Origin: Octopus sinensis | Taxonomy: Eukaryota | Reading direction: 5' to 3' | NCBI RefSeq assembly: GCF_006345805.1 | Contig: NC_043007.1 | Location: forward strand, 5,518,001-5,582,000 | DNA length: 64,000 bases | Part shown: positions 23,450-36,302 of the stretch, one piece after another | Position numbering within the stretch: position 1 is the stretch's first letter | Layout: each line of letters begins with the position of its first letter | Translations under genes and position numbers: made by a program | Notes under the pieces: generated by a model | Database searches by the model: none | Told to the model about the DNA's origin: nothing | The model's input: only the letters and a program-made list of their open reading frames with translations

Positions 23450-24011
23450 CTGAAAAGAAATAGATAAATAAATAAAGAAGTACATAAATGGTTTCTAAGA
23501 TGAGGGGTGGGGCCAGTAATTTATGAGGGTAACGTCCTAATCGATTCCATCGCTCTCAGTATTCGATTGGTTCATTATTTTATGGAGGCCACAGATGAAT
23601 AACAAGTTGACCGCGATGGAATGTGAACTCAGAACTCAAGCAGCAGAACGAAATTGGGCAAGTATTTCTTCCGATTCTCTGACACTTTGCTAACTCGTCA
23701 CCCTTTATAATGATTTTTGATTTTGGTGTAAGGTGAGCAATTTCTGAGAAGTGAGGATCTTGGTGAAGAGCATTAACTTCGGTATTCGACTGGTATTTTA
23801 TTTTATGGAACCTGAAATGTAATGCTGACCTCGATGGGATTTGAACCCGGAGCATAAAGAGTCGGAAGAAATCGCGCAAAGCATTTTCTTTCGCCTCTCC
23901 AATGATTTTTGCCAAACCATAATTCTAAATGAGTTCGAATTTAGGTACAAAGCCAGTCATTTTGGGGATGGAGTGGGGGACGAAAGAATAAGGAAATATA
24001 AAGTAAACATA

Positions 24012-24339
24012 GGACTTATTCTTTGTAAGCCTAGTACTTATTCTATCGGTCTCTTTTCCAGAACCGCTAAGTTACGGAGACGTAAACACACCACCATCGG
24101 TTGTCAAGTGATGGTGGGGGACAAACATAGACACACAAACATACACACATATATATATATATATATACATATATGCGACGGGCTTCCTTAAGTTTCCGTC
24201 AACCAAATCCACTCACAAGGCTTTGGTTGGCCCGAGGCTATAGTAGAAGACACTTGCCCAAGGTGCCACGCAGTGGGACTGAACCCAGAACCATGTGGTT
24301 GGTAAGCAAGATACTTACCACACAGCCACTCCTGCGCCT
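24012..24339 (-). mobile_element. tRNA-derived SINE (family 1)
   Basis: The minus-strand head aggcgcaggagtggctgtgtggtaag...ggttctgggttcagtcccactgcg has Pol III A-box and B-box-like motifs and an internal TA/CA tract. Multiple copies occur in the window. Confidence 0.85.
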
Positions 24340-25013
24340 ATACAGGCAAACATATGTATATATCGTTCGCCATAATGTGCCTTATATTTAAATTGGACAA
24401 AAAAAGACAAGAAAACATTCAAACTTACATCTAAAATTACAAACACATTAAAGCAATCATTTAGTATAGAACTGAGTAAATAAATTCTACAGGCAAACAT
24501 TCAGAACAATCACCCACGCCTTTTATACAAAAGCAAACCCACGTTGTATTATAATTTGATTTTATGTCCAACCTGCAGCATGTTTATTGTTTGTGCACAA
24601 AATAGATCAGCTTGAAGTTTTTTAAATAGATTTTTGAGCTGCTGTGCTCTTCTCTCTCTCTCGCATTACTTTTATAATGCAATTTGAATAACTGCAATTT
24701 GGTTTCTGAGTTCAATGACATAATTACCAGCGGAATACATTAGAGAAAACATCGACACATTGTATTAGCTTCTATAAATAGACATCATTATTACATCAAA
24801 GTGATCCGATCAGAGTGATTTGCACTGGAAATACTTGTTATTGAGAATGAGTATAGCATGCGAGCATTGAGTAGGCATGCAAGACTTTGCGTGCGCGTGC
24901 AGACACGTTTGCATATGTTCATGTATATAAGTGTTAAGATATATATAAAATTTTGGGAGGCCTGCATACCAGGAAGGTAGGAGGCGATTCACTGCACTTT
25001 AACGATATTTTAC

Positions 25014-25015
<2 letters not shown>

Positions 25016-25096
<81 letters not shown>

Positions 25097-25115
25097 CTAT
25101 CTATCTATCTATCTC

Positions 25116-25179
<64 letters not shown>

Positions 25180-25211
25180 ATCTATCTATCTATCTATATA
25201 TCTCTATCTAT

Positions 25212-25250
<39 letters not shown>
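25016..25250. repeat. (TCTA)n tetranucleotide repeat
   Basis: Visible tandem run. Confidence 0.97.
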
Positions 25251-25252
<2 letters not shown>

Positions 25253-25294
25253 AAACACCCCCCACAAATATATGTATATATCGAGACATACCTC

Positions 25295-25344
<50 letters not shown>

Positions 25345-26792
25345 ATATATATATATATATATCAGTATGTATATTTATATTTAAGATCTTTAAATTTTAA
25401 AGTTTAATATTTTATAAGTCGTATGGTATAATATTATTGTTTTTTTATGTAAATATCGTTGTTTATCTAATTATCGTAATTTTCTATATGATTATTAGAT
25501 ATTAACTTTAAGTTTATTCCTAAGAATTTACTTAGCGATAGATAAGTTGTTTGATAGCAAGTATACGAGTTGTTTGAAGTTAGATTCATGTATATACATA
25601 TATTAATAGCATTAATTGTAGTTTTAAATTTCTTATAATTATTATCTTAACTTATATTTTGTCTTTTTAAATTGTTATTTGCTAGTTATATTATTCCCAT
25701 TGATAAATATATTTATAGTATTTATTTGATACTATATAACTACGAATTGATTATTTCTCTAAGTATTTTAATATAAGATTTTTGAAAGTTATTATTTAGC
25801 CAATGAGATATAAAGATAGTTAATTTGATATAGCGTTCGTTTAAGATTGTTTATTTGTATTTTTGAAATTAGCTATTTCATCTTTAGATATGAAAAATTA
25901 ATTTATTAGGTCTTTATTATATGTGCATATATATATATTTATAGAGATTATTTTAGATCTTAATTATAATATTTATATACATTTATATATTTTCATTGAT
26001 AATTTATATATTATCTAAATTTTATATTTTAATAATATGAATAGTCATTTTTTTGTAAAATATTTATGTAATTAGATATTGACTATTACTGATATTAGAT
26101 TATTGGTGGGTTTCTTACCTTGAAAATTAATACTTAAAAATTAAAATTAATATTTAACATTATAATCGTTGTTTTGACATAATCATAATCGTTAAGTTTC
26201 TAGTTTGATAATAGTTCTTTATAAGAAACTTTATTATATTATTAATTTCTTAAAAAATATTGTTTAGATATATCTGATTATTTATTAAAATATTACAATT
26301 AACCTGAAGATTGACTGTAACCATAATTCGAATTATTAATTGAATTTAAATTATTATTATTGTTATTCGAACTGGTTACGGGCATGAAACGATCGTAGTG
26401 TTTGTACTTTATCTTATATTAAACTTTTAATACTTTTGATACTTTTATATAAATAAATAAAAATAAATATATATATATATATTATATATATATTATATAT
26501 AATATATTATACTCTTTTACTCTTTTACTCTTTTACTTGTTTCAGTCATTTGACTGCGGCCATGCTGGAGCACAGCCTTTATATATATGTATATTTAAAA
26601 TTTATAAGTTTATTTATTAATTTAAATAATTTTTAAAAATTTTAACTTTATTTAAATATTTTAATTGGATTTTTATATTTTATATTTTATATTTTTATAT
26701 TTTTTAATTAATTTTATTTCTATGTATTGGCTTATGATTTTCACTGTTTGATTTGCCTAATAGTGGTTTTATCTCTAATTTAAAATAATATG

Positions 26793-26824
<32 letters not shown>

Positions 26825-26836
26825 ATAATATATATA

Positions 26837-27226
26837 CTCTCTTTTACTCTTTTACTTGTTTCAGTCATTTGACTGCAGCCATGCTGGAGCACCGCCTTTA
26901 GTCGAGCAAATCGACCCCGGGACTTATTCTTTGTAAACCCAGTACTTATTCTCTTTTGCCGAACCGCTAAGTGACGGGTACGTAAACACACCAGCATCGG
27001 TTGTCAAGCAATGCTAGGGGGACAAACACAGACACACAAACACACATATATATATATATATACGACAGACTTCTTTCAGTTTCCGTCTACCAAATCCACT
27101 CACAAGGCATTGGTCGGCCCCGGGCTATAGCAGAAGACACTTGCCCAAGATGCCACGTAGTGGGATTGAACCCGGAATCATGTGGTTGGTTAGAAAGTTA
27201 CTTACCACACAGCCACTCCTGCGCCT
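26837..27226 (-). mobile_element. tRNA-derived SINE (family 1), near full length
   Basis: Aligns with 24012-24339 and adds the tail ...gctccagcatggctgcagtcaaatgactgaaacaagtaaaagagtaaaagag. A partial duplicate of the tail lies at ~26510-26580. Confidence 0.87.
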
Positions 27227-27360
27227 ATACATGTAAATATATGTAAAATTAAATAATAAGGGTGAAAAATTGAATATTAATTTGATTAATATCAATTTAA
27301 AACCAGTTGTCTTGCATATCGAAAAATCTGAAGGTTCAGAAAAATTATATTACATACATT

Positions 27361-27500
27361 TAAGAGGGATGACAACTAAGTGGACATCCATTATGCTAGA
27401 AGTAGATCCCATATGGTCTGAACAATATTTTCTTAGTGGGCAGACCATATGGGGTCTACCTCTAGCATAATGGATGTCCATTTAGTGATCATCTCCCTTA
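27361..27500. mobile_element. ~140-bp foldback element (MITE-like hairpin)
   Basis: Arms 27361-27420 and 27441-27500 are ~90% reverse-complementary around a 20-nt loop, with TA at both outer ends. Confidence 0.65.
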
Positions 27501-27532
27501 TATGTATGTATATATATATATTAATATATATA

Positions 27533-27607
<75 letters not shown>

Positions 27608-29641
27608 TATATATATTTATTATATATGTGATTGTGTGTGTACGTGTGTATACACATACATATTAGGTTAGGTTATGTTGCACAGATTTTCCCGAAGAGT
27701 TTATATATGTATGTTGAAATATTCATGCCAAGCCGTAGGGTTCTCAGATGTCATTGTCTGCATATATATATATATATATAATATATATATTATATATATA
27801 TATAACAGAGACAAACAAATGAATAAGCTGCTACCCCAATACATATAAATACTCAAACATGCTCACGCACACAATTAATATATAAAATACAAGGGTAATT
27901 GACCCAGTATTTCTGCTGTTCTAACGGCAACTCTGCGTTCGAAAAAATTTAATCTTATTTGTATCGTATAATACGCTTTGCGACGCTTCCAATACTAAAA
28001 CAAATATTTGTTTTGTTTTTGGATTTAGTTTGCAAGATTCTTTAATATTTGTTTAATTGTTTGTTTGGTTACATTTATACACACATACCGTTGGTTTTAA
28101 ATATAATACCAAATTCACTATTCACTCGTCAACCACAGGTGACACAGGTGGTGAGTCAAACTTGAGAAATTCTTCAAATGCTTCTAAGAGAGTGAAGTCT
28201 AAGCCTGCATTTTACCCGTTCGACTCCCTCAATTTGGATTTTTATTCGCATTCGTAGCAACTTGCTAACCGTGAGCTATACAGAAACTTTCAATTTATCG
28301 AATTCCTCGCAAATTCGATATAGGAGAAAGTGTGTAACCTTCGATTCCAATAAATTGTTATTGTTCCTTGTTGCATATTCTGTCCATTTTCTTCTTTGAT
28401 ACCTTCCAAGAACTGCTTGAAACTTACAAACTTACTACGCTTAGATTCCTGGATCTTTCCCTTATGTATATATATAAATGTAAGCTGGATCCAGGTGTAG
28501 TAAGAAAATTAGCCTTAAGCAATCCGTAGTAAATATATAGAACAACTTTCAGGGAAAATAGTGTTTCATTCAGGCGGAAGGCTGTGGATTTTTCCGTATC
28601 AGAGAGCGGTAAGCTGATAAAAAGTTTTTTATTTTCATTCCACGGTAGGCGACCAGGGTTGCCGGGTGTGCGAATAAGAATGCAAGAGTTACGGAAAGGA
28701 GTAGGTAATATCTGGGGTAAATATGTTTCATAGAGGACGGTACCTCAGAAGTGGTAAAAATCCAGTCAGAATGTGAGATTCTACCAATAAAACTAAAAGC
28801 AAAATGATTCAAGATGGCTGGTAGGCGAATTCATTAGTGTGATGAAAAAGATTTAGGGAAAAACATGAAATCAAATTCACTTGAGATGAGATCGGAATTG
28901 TATTTGCCAGAGGCTGATGCTTAGCAAAAGGAGAAAAAAATACAGACACTTAACCGTCATCACTTAACTCACATAAGATATAAAACACGAAGAAAAAAGA
29001 GCGATATTTGATCTGAGATTGCTTTAAAAACGGTTCTAAAATATATGCTGGCATTCAATGTAGAAAATGCACACACACACACACACGCATAAACACACAC
29101 ACACATACACGCACACACACATACACACACACGCATGCACACACACACATAAACACACACACACACATAAACACACACACATACACGCACACACACAGAA
29201 ACACAGACACACATAAACACACACACATACACACACGTACACACACAGGCACACACACATTATAGATATATGTCTCTAAATTTCCTAACTGTTGTCAGTA
29301 GAAAACTCGTCTGATATACAACAAAAACTTTGATCGCTTCTCTCCGCGTAATTTTTCTGGTTTTATTATTGTTGTAGTTGTTTCTCTTATTGATATTACT
29401 GGCGTTTCTTTCTTTCCTTACTTCCTTACTTCCCCTGTCTCTGTCTCTCTCCCTCTCCCCCTCTGTCTCTGATGATTCTTTACTTGCTGTAGCCTGACCT
29501 TTATATCTCACCCAACAACAGTTTCATTTACTTATTTATTCGACTGATTAAACAGAAAATGAATTTTTATTTGCCCCGCCGCCATCAAATGCTTACAAAT
29601 ATTGCAGCCTGCATGTTGTTAGCCATTATCCGATTGAGCAA

Positions 29642-29670
<29 letters not shown>

Positions 29671-29676
<6 letters not shown>

Positions 29677-31190
29677 TAAACAGTAAAATTAATTACAGAC
29701 ATGGACAAGAACATGAAACACCACAGAGACGACACAAGAACCACAGGACGGGACATTCGAAGCCCTCAGTCATCAGTCAAGAACCAGATCATCTTAGCAA
29801 TTTCGGCTGATTAATCTTGAGATTGCTCCGATATGGCCAGCCCGCCAAGGGAAATCTAAGCCAAGCGCATTAGATCCCCTGGAAGAAAGCTTCGAATGTA
29901 TACAACGAAAGGACGGAAAACGATCGAAGTACACAAACAAAAATACAGAATACGTGACACCAATAAGAATACAAAAACGTAAAAACAATAACGGTAAAAA
30001 TAAAAAATAAACAACAAAACAAAACCAGGACGTAGGACAAGGGTCTTTCGACAGGACGATTTGAGTAGGGGCTGGCTTGTGAAGTTGTGCCTAAAGGCCA
30101 CGGGGAGACGAACAAATCCGTGTTGCTTCTGAGGCTGCTGAAAACGAAAAGAGCGCTCAACAGCGGCTAGCTGTCACGTGAGAACAAAAGACAGGAGAAA
30201 GGGACAGATGAAAAGGGAGAGAAGGTGGACGAGGGAGGAGAAGAAAGAGACAGATCGAGGGGGCTGGAGGTGAGAGAGATAGAGAAACGTAGAAAGGGGG
30301 GGGACGGATGGAGAGGGAAAGAAAGGAAGTGGAATAAGGGAGGAGAGAGAGAGAGAGAGAGAGAAAAAGAGACAGATTAAGAGTCGTATCAAAGCTTGAG
30401 AAAAAAATATACTTATCGTATAAGGACAATTGTGGATACGTAGCCGACGATTATATAGGTAAACAGTAAAATTAATTACAGACATGGACAAGAACATGAA
30501 ACACCACAGAGACGACACAAGAACCACAGGACGGGACATTCGAAGCCCTCAGTCATCAGTCAAGAACCAGATCATCTTAGCAATTTCGGCTGATTAATCT
30601 TGAGATTGCTCCGATATGGCCAGCCCGCCAAGGGAAATCTAAGCCAAGCGCATTAGATCCCCTGGAAGAAAGCTTCGAATGTATACAACGAAAGGACGGA
30701 AAACGATCGAAGTACACAAACAAAAATACAGAATACGTGACACCAATAAGAATACAAAAACGTAAAAACAATAACGGTAAAAATAAAAAATAAACAACAA
30801 AACAAAACCAGGACGTAGGACAAGGGTCTTTCGACAGGACGATTTGAGTAGGGGCTGGCTTGTGAAGATGTGCCTAAAGGCCACGGGGAGACGAACAAAT
30901 ACGTGTTGCTTCTGAGGCTGCTGAAAACGAAAAGAGCGCTCAACAGCGGCTAGCTGTCACGTGAGAACAAAAGACAGGAGAAAGGGACAGATGAAAAGGG
31001 AGAGAAGGTGGACGAGGGAGGAGAAGAAAGAGACAGATCGAGGGGGCTGGAGGTGAGAGAGATAGAGAAACGTAGAAAGGGGGGGGGGACGGATGGAGAG
31101 GGAAAGAAAGGAAGTGGAATAAGGGAGGAGAGAGAGAGAGAGAGAAAAAGAGACAGATTAAGAGTCGTATCAAAGCTTGAGAAAAAAATA
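29671..31190. repeat. Head-to-tail duplication of a 783-bp unit (~1.95 copies) flanked by (TA)n
   Basis: tataggtaaacagtaaaattaattacagac starts at 29671 and 30454. The copies are nearly identical, and a 42-bp linker (30412-30453) occurs only once. Confidence 0.95.
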
Positions 31191-31366
31191 TATATATATA
31201 TATGTCTGTACGGGAAGCTGCTGTTTTATAACGTTCAGATGTTAAAAGGTAACACCTAGCTTTTGTTTTGTTAACAAAACCATCTAATACTATGCATTGA
31301 ACATTCTATTATTGGCCATTTGCTTTGAGAGGAAACCGAAGACATATATATATATATATAAGGTTT

Positions 31367-31394
<28 letters not shown>

Positions 31395-31397
<3 letters not shown>

Positions 31398-31617
31398 CTT
31401 TACTGCCCACAAGGGGCTAAACATAGAGGGGACAAACAAGGACAAACAAAGGGATTAAGTCGATTACATCGACCCCAGTGCGTATTTGGTACTTTATTTA
31501 TCGACCCCGAAAGGATGAAAGGCAAAGTCGACCTCGGCGGAATTTGAACTCACAACGTTACGACAGGCGCAATACCGCTAAGCATTTCGCCCGGCGCGCT
31601 AACGTTCTGCCATCTCG

Positions 31618-31619
<2 letters not shown>
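31395..31619 (-). mobile_element. tRNA-derived SINE (family 2)
   Basis: Minus head ggcgagatggcagaacgttagcgcgccgggcgaaatgcttagcgg...gagttcaaattccgccgaggtcgactttgcctttcatcctttcggggtcgat. Homologues at 58500-59072 and remnants at ~1860-1980, ~34635-34750 and ~57050-57220. Confidence 0.85.
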
Positions 31620-31661
<42 letters not shown>

Positions 31662-31839
31662 ATGTAAAACCTTATATATACGTATACATGTATATATATA
31701 TATATATATAATATATATATATATGTATATATGTATATGTAAAACCTTATATATACGTATACATGTATATATATATATATATACATACATACATACATAC
31801 ATACATACATACATACATACATACATACATACATACATA

Positions 31840-32196
31840 CAGTGTGCGGTGGATATATTGTCGTCTTAATTACGCAAAAATGAAAATAATACTGACATCT
31901 CATTTTAAGAGATATATTTACCAAACTTACATAAAAATATTAAAGAGTAAATTCATTCAATAAAATCGCCATTGGCTTCAACCACGGCCTCCTGATGATT
32001 TCAAAATCCCCTGCAGCACTTCTGGATGGTCCCTTTGTTTAAGTTTTCTGGCAGAGTGAATTGCGTCATGGTGCTGTTTTTCTCAGAGACGGTGCCCAAC
32101 TCACCCTACTATACTATGTAGTCGACAAATTCAAAAACAATGCGCGTGTGCGAAATTAAAAAAATAGCATGTTGACAATTTACCTATCGCACCCTG
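31840..32196 (-). mobile_element. Internally deleted Tc1/mariner-superfamily element (357 bp)
   Basis: TA|cagtgtgcggtggatatattgtc and gacaatttacctatcgcaccctg|TA are imperfect TIRs. The minus strand keeps a typical transposase C-terminus (..EAVVEANGDFIE*). Confidence 0.65.
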
Positions 32197-32252
<56 letters not shown>

Positions 32253-32372
32253 ATATATTGAATTGTGTTTGAGAGAGTTAAATCAGAAAGAGATAGATAG
32301 GTAAATAGATAAATATAAACAGATAGATAGATAGATAGATAGATAGAAAGAGAGAGATAGAGAGAGAGAGAG

Positions 32373-32423
<51 letters not shown>

Positions 32424-33582
32424 TGAGAGAGGGGTTAAAATCTGCTAAACTGTGTGTTTAGTGGCTTTAATATATTCGAAACTTTCTTACTTAAACATTC
32501 CTGACGGAATACTCAACAGCTAAGATAAATTGAAGTCGTTATGGCTGCTGATGAAATATTTATTAGCTAGTTTTCATCAGAAAAGGAATAAAATTGAACA
32601 TGGAACATTACGAAAGATATTTCGACAATGGACCTAATAGAAGCTTTAGCGAGTGGGCTTTTATTATTGAAACAGTAGATTTAGATTAAGAGAAGAGTGT
32701 GAAATAATCATTAATCTTACTGTAGGACAAACATTTCCTCAAGGATTAATTTTTGATTTGGTTCTTGGAAGTTAGCAATTCAGCCGAACAATAAATTGCT
32801 TTTAAATCAATGATAATATGGTCTGTGAATTTCTTAAACGATATTAGGCCTTTCTGAATCTCATAGCAAATGTAACATTTTCTTTACGGGTTTCCTTTAG
32901 GCAAGTGTGATGACTGAGTCCAAGATGAAGAGATATTAATATAGCGATTTTATTCTATATAAATAAAAGCTACACGCAGAAAGTAATACTAAGTCATATT
33001 GAAGTATCGAAGCGATGCGGTCAATAACAATGGTGTTCAGAAGTTTCGTAAACTTCAAGGCAACATCCAATTTAAGTTATGAGATTAAGGTAATCTGTTT
33101 AGTTCAAGATAAAAAATAGTTTTGTTCAAAGATAAAAGATAGTTCGCTCAGAAAAAAAATCGTTAGTAAAATCGTAAATAAAGCATTTTATAACATGAAA
33201 TTGACAGTATTGTAGTTCTGAGGCATTTAGTTAAATGCGGGCCTGTGGTGACTCGATAAATGGACGCAGAATTCTGTAGCTGTTCGTTGTGGTCGGTTTG
33301 CAATGTCTGTACGGAAAGCTGCTGCTTTATAACGTTAAGATGTTAAAAGGTAACACCTAGCTTTGTTTTGTCAACAAAACCATCTAATACTATGCAGTGA
33401 ACATTCTATTATTGGCCATTTGCTTTGAGAGGAAAATGGTTATATGAAAAAGAAAAAAAAAAGAAGTCCATAGCTCATAGAATTCAAGCTGTAATTACTG
33501 CCAAAGGCAGTCCTACCCCATATGAAAATAAATTTGTTTGAAATTTTAAGGTGTTTCCATTATTTTGTCCAACCCCTGTACA

Positions 33583-33747
33583 TACGACAGGCTTCTTTCA
33601 ATTTCCGTCTACTAAATCCACAAACAAGGCTTTGGTCGGCCCGAGGCCATAGTATAAGACACTTGCCCAAGGTGCCACTCTGTGGGACTGAGCCCGGAAC
33701 CATGTGATTGGTAACGAAGCTACTTACCACACAGCCACTCCTGCGCC
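33583..33747 (-). mobile_element. tRNA-derived SINE (family 1), head only
   Basis: High identity to 24175-24339. Confidence 0.85.
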
Positions 33748-34809
33748 CATTCAAAACAAATAACTCAAAACATTTTCTCTTCGATATTTTGTGATAATGT
33801 TTACAGCGCATCCTTAAATTTCAAGAAAATGTCTAGTTTTCTTTGCATTTTTTCTTTGTTAACCTTTTCAGAATTGTTGTTTTCATTTCTCATCGTTAAG
33901 TTTGATATTTTTTTTAGTCGCTAATGAGAAGGTGACCAAAGTGTGCAAACGTATGTTTTCAAATTTGTTCCGTTTTCTTTCCGTCAAGCCCTCTCTCAAA
34001 ACATCTCTATGTATTCAAGTGTTTCCGTTAATCTTGTTAATAAACATTTTCAAATGTTTAACATTTAAAACTTATTCCATTCTTAACTTAGAAAAAGAAT
34101 TTGCAAGTTTTTTTCTTGTTCTCCATTAAAAGGATGCTGTGTGGCACAACTCATAGAGTGGGAAAAACCTGTATTTTGTCCCCGCTTTGCCAATCTAGCC
34201 ATGAAACATCCCTTAACTGTAAAAAGAGGAAGTGGTGAGGGCAATTATGATTTATTTTTTTGTCTATATTTGTTTACATTATGGGTTCAAATCCAGCGAG
34301 GTAAACTTTATATTGCATACCTTCTAGGTCGATAAACTATAGAATTAACTAACTTATCTACACCCTTTTCAAAAGACTTGGAAACCGTTCCTATATTAAA
34401 AATATTTTTGCTTTATTTTGTAAATACAGTCACTTGATCCGGGAAGCCTTTAGTGGAACCCACTCAATTGTAAATGTTGGGACCAAACTTTGGTTTCTTC
34501 CTCGCTCACATTCTTATAACTACCAACTTGGAGCCATTCGGCCTGGGTGATAGAAACATGAATCCCACCGGAAAAGATGCGATAATCAATGGCTGTGTTT
34601 TACCTTCTCTCACTAATTTACAACAGTGTGTTAGAACGCGAGCTGGCAGAACCGTCAGAGCGTCTTAAAGACTCCTTATGTATTTCTGGTTCTGCTCTTT
34701 ACCTTCCGTGTTCAAATTCCGCCGTCGTCAACGTCACCTTTCTTTCGGTGATTCTAACTTGTGATGTTAAAATTCTTGATTAATTGTCTTGTATTATAAG
34801 TGCCTTGTT

Positions 34810-35050
34810 AAATTAATGCAGTGTGATATAGTCGAATTTTTACCGTATTTAACTGAATTCCTTCTTGAACGTGCTTTGGAATTCGGAGAAAATTTCATTC
34901 TAATTAATGTTTCTGGCATTAATGTCATGATCGCTAAACATTATTTTATAATAATTGTTTTCGCTCTAAAAGTAACAGAGAAAATGTTTGATGTAACCAC
35001 AGGATCGTTGGATGAGGCTTGTGAGTTGAAAGGACTAAATAATTTAGATT
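34810..35050 (+). mobile_element. Ancient Penelope-like element reverse-transcriptase fragment
   Basis: QCDIVEFLPYLTEFLLERALEFG...MFDVTTGSLDEACELKGL resembles the PLE RT motifs QFDIxEFYPSIxExLLxxAxxFA and FDVTMGSxDGAExCELVGL. Confidence 0.65.
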
Positions 35051-35372
35051 CATGTCTCCATCCAAATGAATTTAGAATTTAAAGGAGAATAATATTAATA
35101 ATTTTAAAATAAATTGCTTCATTACAGAACCAGAGTATCTTTACATTAATCGCTACAGAATGTGTGACCTGTGTCTATCTTTGTCTTTCGCATTTTGGAT
35201 TAAACTACCAACATTGGTAAAGTTCTGCAACCTCGTATATCTATATTTAACGAGGAACTTCCAAACAATAACCAGCTAAAAGAAGTCTATTTCTCACATA
35301 ATTGATTCACTGCATCCTGAAAACTAAACATTAAGTTAGCGATTCGTCAAAACTAAAAGAACAGCAAGAGCA

Positions 35373-35737
35373 GTGGAGGCGCAATGATCCAGTGGTTAGG
35401 GCAGCGGACTCGCGGTTGGAGGATCGCCGTTTCGATTCCCAGACCGGGCGTTGTGTGTGTTCATTGAGCGAAAACACCTAAGCTCCACGAAGCTCCGGCA
35501 AGGGGTGGTGGCGACCCCTGTTGTATTCTTTCGCCCCCAACTTTCTCTCACTCTTTCTTCCTGTTTCTTGTCTCCAACTTCCTATGCAACCACTGAGCCT
35601 GGATGCGCATTCATCCATCCGTCGATGCTCTCGGTGTCGGGGGTTGACCTGCTTTCTCTTTTGCGGGTCTTACAAATAGCAAAGGACCACGTTTCGGACT
35701 TCTCCCACTGGGACGAAGACCGCTTCGCTCAACAAAC
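35373..35737 (+). mobile_element. tRNA-derived SINE (family 3), full length with 18-bp target-site duplication
   Basis: Head ggaggcgcaatgatccagtggttagggcagcggactcgcggttggaggatcgccgtttcgattcccagacc. TSD aaaaga(a/c)cagcaagagca at 35355-35372 and 35738-35755. Confidence 0.88.
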
Positions 35738-35932
35738 AAAAGACCAGCAAGAGCAATACCTTTTGGCGTATGTTATGGAATGCATGAAATATTGCGTGTT
35801 TTAACATTCGAGCGGATGAGTTTGTCACGTGTTCTCTGTACGGGAGTTCAATAAATATGACGTATTTTAGAAGTTTCTATTGCAACTTATCAAATTTACG
35901 GGCTGAACTTGTTTACGAATATTTCTCTTTTG

Positions 35933-35969
<37 letters not shown>

Positions 35970-36205
35970 TATATACACACACAAACACAAACACACACAC
36001 ATACACACACACATACTTATATACAAAACGTATGCACGCACATATATATATAGGGTGTAGGATGGTTTATGTGTGTGTGCGTGTGTGTATTCGTTAAATG
36101 GGTGGGTGTGAAAGCGTGTTTGTGAGGAGGTAACAGTGAGTGCGAGGGTGAGGAAATAACGACATTGGTGAAGCAGACTTCATGCCAAACATGGAAAACA
36201 CGCAC

Positions 36206-36246
<41 letters not shown>

Positions 36247-36253
36247 ACACACA

Positions 36254-36302
<49 letters not shown>

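Noticed and set aside
29750-29782. Hammerhead in the 783-bp unit (minus-strand CTGATGA...GAAT GTC)
   Set aside because: There is no pairing stem II, the motif has GAAT instead of GAAA, and no stem I is evident.
35375-35445. tRNA gene
   Set aside because: The tRNA-like part continues into a SINE body with a TSD and a second copy at 53050-53335, and lacks a complete cloverleaf.
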